Source: Phyllosticta citribraziliensis
Lineage: Eukaryota
Assembly (NCBI RefSeq): GCF_038025025.1
Contig: NW_027117340.1
Span: 1,612,001-1,676,000, forward strand
DNA: 64,000 bases
Direction of reading: 5' to 3'
Position 1 is the stretch's first letter; each line of letters starts with the position of its first letter. The notes under the pieces were generated by a model. That model saw only the letters and a program-made list of their open reading frames with translations. It had not been told where the DNA came from and made no database searches. Below are positions 10,084 through 22,520 of this stretch, piece by piece. A program made the position numbers and the translations under genes.

Positions 10084-12375
10084 ATGACCATGCACGCAGA
10101 CGTCCGGTTCCCTCGCCTGCTGGCGCTCCTCGCCATCTTCGCCAACCTCGCCCAAGCCTTCTACATCCCAGGTCCGTGTAACCCACGCCGCGCAACCCTC
10201 GCTCACTAACCCCCGCGTAGGCTGGTCCATCAAAAGCTACTCCGACGGCGAGGCCATACCGCTTTTCGTGAACAAGGTCTACTCGGACAACACCCAGCTC
10301 CAGTATGCCTACTCCGAGCTCCCCTTTACCTGCCCCCCGACCGGCCGCCGCTCTGCCGGTTCCCATGGTGGCGCCACCCTTTCGCTGAACCTGGGAGAAG
10401 TCCTCCGCGGTGACCGAATAGTGCTCTCCGACTATGAGCTCGTCATGGGCGTCGACGAAGAAGTTCGATACCTCTGCAGCAAAAAGGTAGACAAGCACGG
10501 GCTGGAAAAGGCTAGGGAAATCGTCAAGGACGGCTACGTTGCAGAGTGGATCGTGGACAACCTTCCCGGCGCTACCAGCTTCGTCACCACCGACAAGTCG
10601 CGCAAGTACTACGCCGCGGGCTTCAAGATGGGCTACGAGGACTTTGACCGCGCGACCGGCAAGCCCAAATACTACATCAACAACCACGTCACCTTGGTCA
10701 TCCGCTACCGTCCAGCGCCGGGCAAGGACGGCGAGCGTGGAAAGAAGGTTATTGTGGGATTCGAAGTCTACACCAAGAGCATCGAGGCTGGCAACCGCGA
10801 CAAGAATGGCATGCCTAAAAACATGCACGCCGTGGAAAAGGGTTTGGAGCTGCACATGTCGCCCAACAAGACTGAGCTGCAAACTCGCTACGCCGACTCG
10901 TCTTACATGCCCGAGGATGAGGAAATTGACGACAATGCTACCCTAACCATTCCCTACACCTACTCGGTATACTTCCGCGAGGACGACAAGCTCGAATGGC
11001 AGAATCGCTGGGACATGTATTTTGTCAACCAAGAAGACAGCTCCAAGATCCACTGGATTGCCATCATCAACTCGATTCTGATTTCTGCTGTTCTGACCGG
11101 CGTTGTCGCCGTCATCTTCGCCCGGACGATTCGCAGCGACCTGAAAGGCCGCAAGGACGACCTAGAGAAGCCTATTCTCAGGCGCACCCGGAGTCCCAAG
11201 CCGAAAAAGCTGCCAGAGAAGAGCGGACTCTTGGAACAGATCGACGACGTTGACGGCGATGCCGATATTTCCGAAGACGATGAGCCCATGGAGGATGTCA
11301 CTGGATGGAAGCTGGTGCACGCAGACGTTTTTAGACCTCCGCCGTATGGCGGCCTCTTGGCTCCCCTGGTTGGGTCCGGCTCTCAGCTCGTCTTCATGGC
11401 GGTGGGATTGCTCATTCTGAGTGCCGTTGGCGTCTTGAACCCCAGCTTCCGCGGGGGTTTCCTCAGCGTTGGAATCGGACTCTTCATCTTCGCCGGAATC
11501 TTTTCTGGATACTTTTCGGCTCGCATCTACAGGACGTTCGGCGGACAGCGCTGGAAGAAAAACGTCATCATTACCGGCACGCTTATTCCTGGACTTCTCT
11601 TCGTGACCGTCTTCATCCTCAACTTGTTCGTCTGGGCACAGTCGTCGAGTACTGCGATTCCATTTGGCACATTGATCGCTCTGCTTGCGCTCTGGCTGCT
11701 GATTCAGCTCCCGCTCGTGTATGCTGGCAGCTGGTACGGTTTCGAGCGCGTCGGAGCATGGACCCACCCTGTCAAGACTAACACCATTCCTCGCCAGATT
11801 CCGCCGCAGCCCTTTTACAACAGGAGCTTGCAGGCGGTTTTGGCGGCTGGTTTCCTCCCTTTTGCAGTCATCTTCATCGAGCTGCTTTTCATTTTCAAGA
11901 GCCTCTGGCAAGACAAGAGCGGGTACTACTACGTCTACGGCTTTCTTGCAGCGGTTTGTCTGATCCTCTTCGTCACCGTCATCGAAATTACCATTGTGGC
12001 CACTTACACGCAACTTTGCAATGAGGTGAGTCCATTTGTTCCTTCACCTTTACTTCTCTAACATGCTTTGTAGAACTACCACTGGTGGTGGAATTCCTTC
12101 TTCGTCGGCGGCGCGTCGGCCCTCTGGGTCTTCCTCGCCTGCATCTGGTTCTACGTCGTGCGTTTGCATATCACGGGCTTTGTGTCAAGCATGCTCTTCT
12201 TTGCATACAGCTTCCTGGCGTGTCTGGTCTACGGCCTGCTGACGGGCTCCATTGGCTTCCTTGCCGCGTACATGTTTGTGCGTAAAATATATGGGTACGT
12301 CGACCACACTGAGTCATTATTACGGGAGTAACTCAGTACTAACTCTGCTTCGACAGCGCCATCAAGGCTGATTAA
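10084..12375 (+). CDS. transmembrane 9 superfamily (nonaspanin, EMP70/TMN3-like) protein; introns 10172-10220, 12026-12073, 12295-12356
   Basis: Signal peptide followed by FYIPG; motifs LNLGEVLRGDRI, VDNLP, IHWIAIINS, TGWKLVHADVFR, NYHWWW; C-terminal IKAD (KxD/E motif). Three canonical introns restore the frame. Confidence 0.96.
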
Positions 12376-14194
12376 ACGCATCTGCTGTCTGGCCAATACT
12401 GCGCTTCTAGCCTCGTCTTTTCTTCGTTCTTGCCCGATTGGCATTTTCACTTTCTTCCTTGTCTCCCTGAATTGGTGCATGAGCAGACCAATTAGCCTGC
12501 CGGTCTGCAAAATCGACCTTTCGCACTTTCTCTGCTTAATACCTATATGTCTGTCTCACTGACGAATAAAGAGCGTCGGTCATTTATCCTGGGCGTTTAG
12601 GCCAGGCTACGGAGCTCTTCTACGGCCCCACGTCATTCACACTGTTGTCGTCTTCTGACTTAAGGATCTTGGCCCGGTGCTTCCAGGCCATCCGAAACAT
12701 GTCTGCAATTGTAGACGGCGTCGTGGTGATACTTCTCCGTCTTCTGCAAACTGTCTCCGCTTCTTTCCTCACTATTTACCCCGGCTCTTTGTTTTCTTTC
12801 GGACGAGAAAGCGTTGATGGACATGCTTTTGAGTATTTGGTATTCTGGCATTGAGACGATGAGGACGATGACGCATTTTGGCAATCTGAATGGGCGAGTC
12901 TTTGCGAGGTAGGGAATTGAAGAGATGATTGAAGAAACAACGGAAAAGGCACGACGTGGATCTGCATCATTTGACAGGGCTCGGCGGAAAAGAAGATCCC
13001 AGGAGTAGCTTTGCTGGCTCACTGACGACAAGTGTGCCCGCCGCCCATTTGCTCGTCTGTGGTCTGCGGCGTGGTGTTGCATGGCACGGCACGGCTTTCC
13101 TGGCAAGGCAGAGTGGCCGGCTGGTGGGTCATGGTATGCTACGCCGCATGCTAAAGAAGGAGATGGGCGGAGATGGACTTGGGCAGGCTTATACCTTATG
13201 ATGTACATGTATTTGTTGCAGGTGGATGGATGGACGAGTGAAAGGAGGATATACAGCAGGGGCTAGGGCAGACGGCGCGGGTGGGATAGTGAGTGAGAGC
13301 GAGGGTGTCTGTCCATCTGTCCGTCTACTCATCAATTCATCCATCCATTCATCCATCCATCCATCCATCCATCCGTTATCTACTTGTCTATGTATATTAC
13401 GAGACCGTCTGCGAAGCTCGTCAACCTTGACAAATTCATCACGCATAGCTAGTCCATTGTTTGCTTTTTCCTGTTTTTGTCTGCTTGTGCTTGTCACCTA
13501 TTATGCCGCATAATTTGCAATAATTGCGCCACGCTTTTCAATTTTTTCTGTGGAGAGGGCAGTAGCAAATGACAGCTCTGTGATTTCAAGATCTGCATCC
13601 ATGGACGAATGCTCCCTCTGTGCAGGCGCAGTTCCAGGCATTACATCGTCGATTCTTTCGACACCCACAGCGGCGGCGGGCATGGCTGTATTGCGTGCTG
13701 TTGTAGTTAACAAGCTTCTTCATGCTTGCAATCACTCATCTCTGTCTGGTCCATTTATCATTCTCCGTGGAAGGGTGAAAAATTCCCCACACAAATCTTC
13801 TTTCTTCGCGCTCAACCCGATTCCGCTTCGGCTTACTGTTCAGTTTCAAAGCACACCCACGCACGTGCTAAGAACGGGAAAGTAAGAGGACACGGAGGAA
13901 ATACGACAGCGGTAAGATATACAACGACAATCACAGCATCAAGAAACAATGGCATTGTTAAGTGGTACACACGGGAGAAATAGTTCCTTGATTGGACGGA
14001 CAGTCGGTAGCAGTACTTCAGGCACATCGATAGGTCCTCTTCACTTTCAAGCTTGCTTGCTGGCGGGTGGAGAGCAGTGCTTCACATTGATTGACTTTCA
14101 TTTACAGACACCCTTGAAGATCGTGTCAAGTACACGTATACTCCAAATATCTACACTGCACAAAAGAGCCAACCATCGGCACGTTCGTGCCCTG

Positions 14195-16399
14195 CTAATC
14201 GAACCCACCAAACTCGCTCCCACTGCCCGCGTCCGCGTCTCCCTTCCCTTCAATCTTCCTCTTTTTACTAGCCTCCACCGCCTCCCTACGGTTGCGCTCA
14301 GAGCGCTTCTCAAACCCGCTGCGCGTGCTGATCTGCGTGCGCCACTTGCCGCGCGTGCGCTCGCCCTCGACGCCGGCCCGGCGCGCTTCGACACCGCGGC
14401 GCTTGAGCTCCTTCTTGTCGCGCTTGCTAGGGGTCGGCAGCGCGTCGAGCAACCACTGCTTGACGCAGCTGTTCTGCTCGTCGACGCCACGCACCTGTTC
14501 GGCGCGGCGAATGACGTTGGCAATGTTCTTGATGTAGGGGATATCCTCCTCGGTGTAGAGAGTGACGGCAACGCCACCGGCACGGCCGGCGCGGCCCGTC
14601 CGCCCGACGCGGTGCACGTAGGCGGCGCCCGACGTCGGCGCGTCGTAGTTGACGACGCCGTTGATGCCGCGGAAGTCGACGCCGCGCGCCAGCAGGTCCG
14701 TCGTGATGAGCACCCATACCTCGCCGCGCCGGAACCGCGTCATGACGCTGTCGCGCTGCTTTGATGACAGCGACGAATGCAGCACGGCGATGCGCGACGA
14801 GCCGCCCGCCTCCGGGGGGATGTCGTATTGTAGCTCCGAGTGGAGGGCTTGGGCGCGCGGGATGGTTTGCGTGAAGATGAGGAATGGTGGCCGCAGCGAG
14901 GGCGTATCGGCTGGATCGAGGCTGCGGGGGGCTGTGGGGTGGAGGAGCTGCCGGACGGCAAGCAGTTTGCCCTGTTCCGTGGCAGCATAGGTGAGCTGGT
15001 GGTGGATGTTGGGGACTGCGGAATCCTTGAGGCCGACAATGAGGCGGATTAGATTGGGCCGGGTGACAGCCTCGGAGGCGATCGAGGACCAGCGCGAGTT
15101 GATGGTGTTGACTGCGAGTTCTTCGATGCTCGAGCCCATTGTTGCGGACCAAAGACTGACGCGGAGATGGGGGTTTGTGAGGGCGTTCCAGATGTCGAGG
15201 GTTTGTTCGCGGAACAGGGGGTCGAGCAGGACATCGGCCTCGTCCAGAACCAGGTGCCTGGCAGACTTGAGGGGGGCAACGCTTCCGTTCGACTGCTTGA
15301 GCGCATGCAGCAGAGCGAGTGGAGTAGAGACAATAATATCGGACTTGACCAGCTGACCTCGCTTCCGTCTCGCGGACTTGGGGGCACTCTCATCCTCGGA
15401 TCCGGAATCGCTGTCGCTGGCACTGGCCTTGAAATTTTCAGACACCTCGTCTTGCTCAGCATCCTCCTCAACGACCTCCATGCCTTTGCGCATGAGTGAC
15501 ACTTTGACCCCCGTATTGAGACTCATCTTCCGCCCCTCGTTGGCAATTTGGCTGGCAAGCTCTTTCGTCGGCGCCAAAACGATGGCCTGGATTCCATTCT
15601 TACCCAATTTGCTTTCCTGGTCATGCCTCTGGTGCAGCAACGAGTGTAGAAGTGGGATGAGGAACGCCAGCGTCTTGCCGCTGCCGGTAGGCGCAACCGT
15701 CAGCAAGTCAATCCCATTGCTTTCCGGGGCAGTCCCATGAAGCAGCAAAGGTAAGCTCGCCAGTTGTACCTCAGTCGGCATCGTGTACCCTTGGGCCTCG
15801 ATATTCTCGGCCAACCGCCGCGAGATGCCATGACGACTGCGCAGCTGCTTGAAAGATGTCAAGGGTTCTGGGTACAGCTGGTCCTTTGACTTTTTCTTTG
15901 GAGGTGCCTCCACCGACTCTTTTGACTTTTTGCGCTTCTTGGATTTCCGCTCCGCATCCATGTGTTCTTGCTTGGCCTTGTTGTAGTCTTCCAGCACGGT
16001 GATTTTGACCTTGTGCGATCGCAGTATGCGCTTGCACTCCTCTTCGTCCAGCGGCTGAGAATTATCTTTTACTTCCTCTACTTTTTCCACATTGTCCGTG
16101 CCCTCATCAGCCTTTTGGTCGTCAGCTTCTTCCGTTCCGACGGTTTTCGCATGATTCGCGTCGCCGAAAAAGTCGAGCTCGGGAGGTAGGTCTATCGCAG
16201 GCGTTACAGCTGCCCGCGTGCGCTTGCGCTTCTTGCTGCCAGTCTTTGTAGGGTCCTGGGCGGTTTGAGTGGCTGTGTCGAGTCCAAAGAGTTGTGGGTT
16301 TGACGTTGCGCCGCTCGACGGCGTCTGTTGGGTTGGCGTGGCTTTTGCGGCGCCTTTGGAAACGCTTGTGCCTCTTGACAGGATTTTGAGGAAGTCCAT
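14195..16399 (-). CDS. ROK1: ATP-dependent DEAD-box RNA helicase ROK1 (DDX52-like)
   Basis: Q motif PTEVQ, APTGSGKT, PTKELA, DEAD, SAT, LARGVDF and HRVGRTGRAG. The N-terminus MDFLKILSR, EQGKLLA and the basic C-terminal tail are typical of Rok1. Confidence 0.93.
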   Translation of the reverse strand: MDFLKILSRGTSVSKGAAKATPTQQTPSSGATSNPQLFGLDTATQTAQDPTKTGSKKRKRTRAAVTPAIDLPPELDFFGDANHAKTVGTEEADDQKADEGTDNVEKVEEVKDNSQPLDEEECKRILRSHKVKITVLEDYNKAKQEHMDAERKSKKRKKSKESVEAPPKKKSKDQLYPEPLTSFKQLRSRHGISRRLAENIEAQGYTMPTEVQLASLPLLLHGTAPESNGIDLLTVAPTGSGKTLAFLIPLLHSLLHQRHDQESKLGKNGIQAIVLAPTKELASQIANEGRKMSLNTGVKVSLMRKGMEVVEEDAEQDEVSENFKASASDSDSGSEDESAPKSARRKRGQLVKSDIIVSTPLALLHALKQSNGSVAPLKSARHLVLDEADVLLDPLFREQTLDIWNALTNPHLRVSLWSATMGSSIEELAVNTINSRWSSIASEAVTRPNLIRLIVGLKDSAVPNIHHQLTYAATEQGKLLAVRQLLHPTAPRSLDPADTPSLRPPFLIFTQTIPRAQALHSELQYDIPPEAGGSSRIAVLHSSLSSKQRDSVMTRFRRGEVWVLITTDLLARGVDFRGINGVVNYDAPTSGAAYVHRVGRTGRAGRAGGVAVTLYTEEDIPYIKNIANVIRRAEQVRGVDEQNSCVKQWLLDALPTPSKRDKKELKRRGVEARRAGVEGERTRGKWRTQISTRSGFEKRSERNRREAVEASKKRKIEGKGDADAGSGSEFGGFD

Positions 16400-16866
16400 G
16401 CTGTCGGTATGCTGTGCAGATGCTCTCAGCGCTTTCAGGACTGTCGTTATGTAGCGAGGCGCATGCCGTTGAGGTAAAAGTTGGAGGCGCGGCGGAAGGT
16501 CCGCGGAAGTTCCGCATCACAAAAATTCCATTTTCCCCGACAGGAGCGGTGTCACGTGCCCTCAAAATTCCACCAAAGCTTCCCTGCCCGCCTGGCCATG
16601 ATTCAAATCCAATTGAAATGCATTGCCTGCTACCTAGCGTACAAAGGAAACAAAAACTTAATCTAGAAGCAGCATATGTGCATGTGGTACAGTCTTGCCC
16701 CGTGGGACAAACGCTTCTCTAGAATGGCCATCACTCTACTGCTTTTAGGGTAAAAAATCCACCTACTTGTCACATTGGGCTCCCGTCCGCAGTGTCCATC
16801 GCTTCACCCCCTAGTCTTGACATTCCCCTGTTCCTGACATGCCGTCCGAGCGTCTCGAGGGACCGC

Positions 16867-17744
16867 TTAGTGGTGGTGGGAAGCGCTCGACCGGTAGCCG
16901 ATGAGCTTCATCCTGCCAATCATCTCACCAACGGTGAAGAATCCAACAACCTCAGCCGCAACGATACCCGCCGAGGTGTACTCAGCCGTGCTCATGTTCC
17001 TCAACCTGCCCAGGATGTTGGAGGGCTTGACCGCGCCCGAGCTGGGGTTCTTCAGCGAAGAAAGGAGGGACTGGTAGTACTTTTGGAAGACGTCCGCGGA
17101 TCTGATTAAACTGTATGAGTACCGAAATGATCAAGAAGCATTTCGTTTCAAGACTTGGCGCTTACGGAGGGCTCATCTTGCGGGTCTCGAAGACGATCTT
17201 GCCGAGCTCGAGGACGACCTTGGAGTAGTAGACAGTAGGAGGAATGAGAGCTATTTCGAATGTTAGCCATGTCGTCCATTGGTCATCAAGCCATTCCTGA
17301 TGCGCCAGGGTTGAACGGGGTCTCGGGCGAGTGGATGTTGATGAGCAAACGGCAGCCGACCCAAGATGACGGCCAATGGCTCCAACGTGCGCTGCAGTCC
17401 ATCAAGGCCAGAGTCGAAGCGCCGGAAATGTGTTTGGCATGGCGATTGGCACCGGAAATTGGGGCGCACTTACATTGGACAAATCCAACGACCTTTGCGG
17501 TCCTGCCACCCACGGCGCTCAGGCGTTGCAGCAGAGCAGAGCCATACTCGGTGGCCTTGGAGAGAGCAGCGCCGGAAGAGGCAGTGGCGCGCGAGAGGCC
17601 CTCGGTAGCCTTGGAGGAAGCTTGAGAAGCCTTGTCCTTTGCGGCGTTGGCGGCCTCGGAGGTCGTCGAGGCGTTGCGGAAGGGGGCGCGTCGCACGGCA
17701 AAGCGAGAGTGCCTCAGCACGGCGCGAGAGGCAGCGAAAGACAT
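16867..17744 (-). CDS. ATP20: mitochondrial ATP synthase subunit g; introns 17251-17473 and 17102-17165
   Basis: Arg-rich mitochondrial presequence, exon LIPPTVYYSKVVLELGKIVF...MSPP, and C-terminal GFFTVGEMIGRMKLIGY with the GxxxG dimerisation motif. Confidence 0.95.
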
Positions 17745-20700
17745 TTCGGCTGGGATGAAGAGGAGGAGATGGAGGTGGGAGGGGGTGGGTTGGAGCTGCG
17801 GTGGCTGCTAGGACTCCGGGAGCGTGAAGTTCAACTCTGCCGTCAACGCCCGATCTGAGCTTTTCGGTTCCATTTCTTGGCGCCAGCCAGCGGCCGACGG
17901 CTTTCAATTGGCTTTGCTCGCCACACCAAATGCACCACCTCACCACCTCACGACTGCATCACGCCCAAATGTCGAGCCCGCCAACTCTTGCGTCTTCCGC
18001 GGCCTTTTTGCCAATCGTCTGCGTGTCCAGACGCCGTCCAGGCCCCCGAACCGGTTCGAAACAACGACCATGGCGCCGATCCAACATGGTCTCATTCATG
18101 CCCCAAATACCGGCAGCCAATCTTGTCTGCATCGCGCCAAAATTTTTAGCAGATTGCCCTACTCCTCGGGCGTGCATGTCAGACGAGTGCTGAACCCAAG
18201 TCCAGCAGATGTCAGAGCGAGCCTGCCCTCACCCAACCCATCTTGTCATTGCCTTGCATCGACGCCGGCTACCTACCTGTCTTCCTTGTCGGCAGCCTTC
18301 ACCTATTCACCCTGCAGCACTTGCAGCATAATGTTCGCGTAAAATATTTCCTGGCCGTTGCTCTGGCCAGCCGCCATGGCCCCTCGTTCAGCACGGAACC
18401 GCGGGTAGAGGATCGTGCTGACGCACCATGCCGCGCCCTGGAAGCCTTCGATCACCCGCCCGTTGATGCTCCCGCCCGCTACGTGCACAGGCAAGTAGCA
18501 ACTCCGCCAGGGTCAGTGTCGGCTGTGCTTCAGCTCCTTTCAGTGGTCTGAGTCTCTGTCCAGAAAGGGGGTCTTGCTCTTGTCCGGTCATTGCGAGCAG
18601 TCAATTCCATGGCCGGCTGGTGAAAAGTCCTCTCTTTGCGAAGTCTCGAGCAACTTAGGACTCTGTCCCAACAAAAAAAAGTCTTTCCAACCTCGGCGTA
18701 TGCCAGTCTGCGGAAGATTTCGGCATCAGCGCTTCGGAGACCGTTTACCCTTGCGGAGACATTTGTCACTCGGAAATGGAGATGCCGGCAAGCTTGACAG
18801 CCGTACATGACCAAAGAATCTCGACCGGAGTAATCACAGGCAAGCTAGGTGGACGACACGACTTAAAATGAAAAGACACCTACGTCAACTCCCAGACTGG
18901 ACGTTGAAATGACAACATGAAACCCGTTTTGCCCTAATCTCGGTTGCTGCACAAAATATTTTCCGCCTTTCGAGCTGTTCGTCATCAAGCTCGCGTCGGC
19001 CCAGTTGCCTGTGGGATGCAAGCGTCAAAGGATTTTCTCCTTCAAGATATTGGAAAAGAGATTGTAGATTTTCAACGGCCCGAGGACGCGAGGTGAGGTC
19101 TGCAGATTATCATCAGCCAACATAAGCTGCCCGCGGGCTATCGTTGTGCTGTCGATCTTTTATGCAAGACGCATGATTGCCACAATCTGCGGGGGAGAAG
19201 AGAAAATTTCAGCACACGCCGTTCTCGCGCAGGTCGTAAAGGGGTTTTCGGAGACCCTCCCGGTTGTTCATCTGCAGCTGCGACGGCATGATTGACAGCT
19301 GCTGCACCTTTTACCTGATCGTACTCTGGTCAAATCGCTTATCGCCCCTTCGCGGCACTTGGCCTCGCAGCGCACGGGACATTTTAAGGCACCTCCAAGG
19401 CTCGACATAGTCATCTCCGGGTCGGGTCGAGGAACATGGCCATGTGCTAATTTTGGATTCTTCAGACAATCGAAATAGGAGCGGGAGAGCCGACGCCCCG
19501 GACTATGGGCAGACTTGATGCCCTCCCTCGAGTTGGCCGAACCACCAGCAGATGATGTCGATGACGCGTACGAATGGCGGAGTCTGCGACTGCCAGAGAC
19601 TGCTTGACGTTGGCATTGATCAGTACGAGCAGTGGAATCACGATCCACGGTGGGTTTCTGCTGAGCAACTGACGATGTTTCCTCATGGGCAAGTCGATGC
19701 TCGAGCGGGGAAGACATCTCCGAAGCGGAGTAGGCAGCGCGCGCGCGCACTCGTGCGCCCATGTCGAGAGGCCAACAAATGTGCTTTGACAGAGCCTCCG
19801 GTGCAAGAGAAAGGCTTATGATACCCAAACAACACGCGGGAATACTCCTCGGCGCTTGGCACGACCTGCTCGACACATCTTGTCCACGGTTGCCGCCTAC
19901 CAAGTCGCCCCCCGAGCCGCTAGGCCCCGATTGAGGCATTATGTCGTCAGCCATGCCGCTGTCCCCTGGCCTCGTCCGGACTCTTTTCATTGGATAGCAA
20001 CGGCGGCAGACCGGGACAGGCAAGACGATTCGGCGCAAGGAACAAAGCGAGCCCGTGCAGGTGTGCTGAAAAGAGCTGGGTGCTTGTTCTTACCGGCGGC
20101 AGGAGGCGGCTAACCCCTCCAGCTGAAGACATGGCTCCAGACCCGAGGATCGAGAATCATCCATGTCGTGGCTGGCGGCCCCGGCCTGCAACTGCAGATA
20201 TGCCAGATCGATCTCGTAGCATTTCCAGAGAGTCGGTATTCCCGAGAGGACGTTTGCCGGGGCGAGGTGTGGTCTCGCAAGGAGCATTTGCAGGAGCAGT
20301 TTTGCTTTTGCCGCAATTATGCGGAGGTCATGTCGTCATCTGGAGCGCTCCCTGGGAGGTCAGCAAGATTGCCGGTGCCTCGGAGCAAAAGATTTGCAGT
20401 TCTGGAGCGGGTCTGGAGCTGGTAGTCTTGGGGATGGAGTGGGAGGGGGGAAAGGTAGGGTCGACACATGGGACGGGAAAAAGCAAACAAGAAATGCATG
20501 GGGTTTCACGACAGAGGATGTCTATGCGGCTCAGCCCTATGGACCCGGAAACAGCTTGGTCCCTGGACGACCGTTTTTGTGTTCTGTCAAACCCGTTGGC
20601 GGGCCTATCCAACGACGGCTTCAGCGGTGAGGCGACGCAGGACCGCGGCCAAAGAGATTGGCTCGACGTGGCCACTTCTGCAAAATGCCGCAAGGAAGGA

Positions 20701-22520
20701 CCCGAAGGCCGGCATTGGCGACAAGGGCGGGCGGTCTGCGAGAGGGACAACAAAGAGCCCCCAAATGGTCGGCAGGCAGACAGGAGCGGTGGACAGGAGC
20801 AGGCCAGGGCGAAGGGGGTGGGTATTCCATTTTCTTCGCTGTGCATGGCTGGCTGAAGTGACAGCCGTGCATCGGCACGGGGAGCGCAGTTCCCCCCGCA
20901 GCCCATGAGGCGATCATTTCTTGGAGAACCATGCATGCGGATGAGTTTGCGGATGAAAGTGCAGCGGGGGGGTGGTGGGAGGGAGATTATGCAAGCCCAA
21001 TGCCGGGTGACGGACGTGCTGCAGCAGTGGTTTTTGGCGAGATTTGGGCGGAGACAAAAAGAGGGCGTCGGACGTCAATGGCGCGCTGACTGGGGGGTGA
21101 GGTGGGTGGTATGGCATGTTGTAGTACGGGGAGAGGGCGAAGTGCTGCTGATGGAGGGCCCTGATGGCATGAGGCGCGTGACGTGGGACCGAGGGCGTGA
21201 CGGGCTTGGTGCCTGGCAATTCGCCATGTTCCGCGGTTTGACAAGAGATTTTTTTGGAGCTTTCGACTTGTCGACCTGAGGGTAGCGCGTGTCGGTACGG
21301 GAGGGATACACATCACACACGAAGGCCAGCCCAAAGCCGACCGAAAGCATCCATTGCCGAGCCAGACGCTGGCATCATCAAACCACGGCATGGACGAGGG
21401 ATTCTGGAAGGACGGCGGCGCAAATGCAGAGTGCAGACGCCATGCCATGGATGCGGGATCGAAGTGATTGTAGAGATTGTCACTGCCAATAGTGTTCCCG
21501 GGAGGTGCATGCAGGATGGATGCAGAGGGGGGGAGGAGGGAGGGATGGAGGTTGAGCGGACTCGACTCTTTTTTTTTTTTTTTTTTTTTTTTCCTTTTCT
21601 CGGTCTCTTCGTTGTTGTTTGCAGACAGCAGGACCACGAGCAACGGCAACGGCAGGCAATGCAAAGGCAGCCGTACGTCGCACGACTTGACCTGAGCAGA
21701 GACGAGAGACGGACTTGCATATGCAACCTAACCTGAAGGGACGGACATGAGCGGCCTTCTCAGCACGAGCGCTCCCAGCCGTGCCTCAATCACAGACTCC
21801 CGGCCGCACCGCGCGGCTTGCGCCCACATCGACATCCACACCGGCCGGCCAGCCTATTCTTAACCTCCCCACTCGACTCCTCCAAAAAACCACTAGCAGC
21901 AGGCCCAAACCTTGATCGGTCGCCCTCGCCTGCGCCTGCGCCGGTGCTCGTGCTCGCCAAAAAAAGTCGAGTCGTCGGCGAGTCCAGTCCTGGTCCAGGC
22001 TGACTGACTGACTGCGGTGCGGGAGCAGGGCCACCCACACCTCACACCCTACCCTACCCTACCCTACCCTCGTCCGCTCGGGCAATCCACCCACCCCTCC
22101 TCCCTCCCTTGTCATCCACAATACCATGCCATGCCATGCCATGCCGCGCTTTGCCCATTTCTCGCATTTTCCAACCGGCGGGACCTTCACACTGACGATC
22201 CGGCCTAGGGCCATGGCTCCATGCACGTCGTGCTCAGAACCGCTGGTGGGCCCCCGGGCTATGCGCAATTATTCTTCGACATCATCTTGCACTATTAGCT
22301 ACTCTGGGTCCATGTCTCTTGTCTGCTTGCTCTTAATGATATATCGCATGCCCTTCTCCACCCCACCCCCCGGGCTTCAATGATTGTGGCTGCATTATTT
22401 AGTCGCTCCTCCGCCCTCTCAAACCCCCAATCCCACCCCCTTCCTCGCCTCCCCTCTTAATAACCTGCTCGCCGTCGTTCGTCCCTTGGACTCTTGTCTC
22501 GTTGCGTCCCTCGTTTTGCC

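Noticed and set aside
16491..16573. GCGGAA-G-TTCCGC palindrome, AAAATT tracts and CACGTG upstream of ROK1
   Set aside because: Compatible with a ribosome-biogenesis promoter, but too short to support without conservation data.
19268..20936. ORFs of 200-290 aa on both strands
   Set aside because: Arg/Ser/Cys/Gly-rich composition typical of non-coding GC-rich DNA, no motifs and no coherent splice model.
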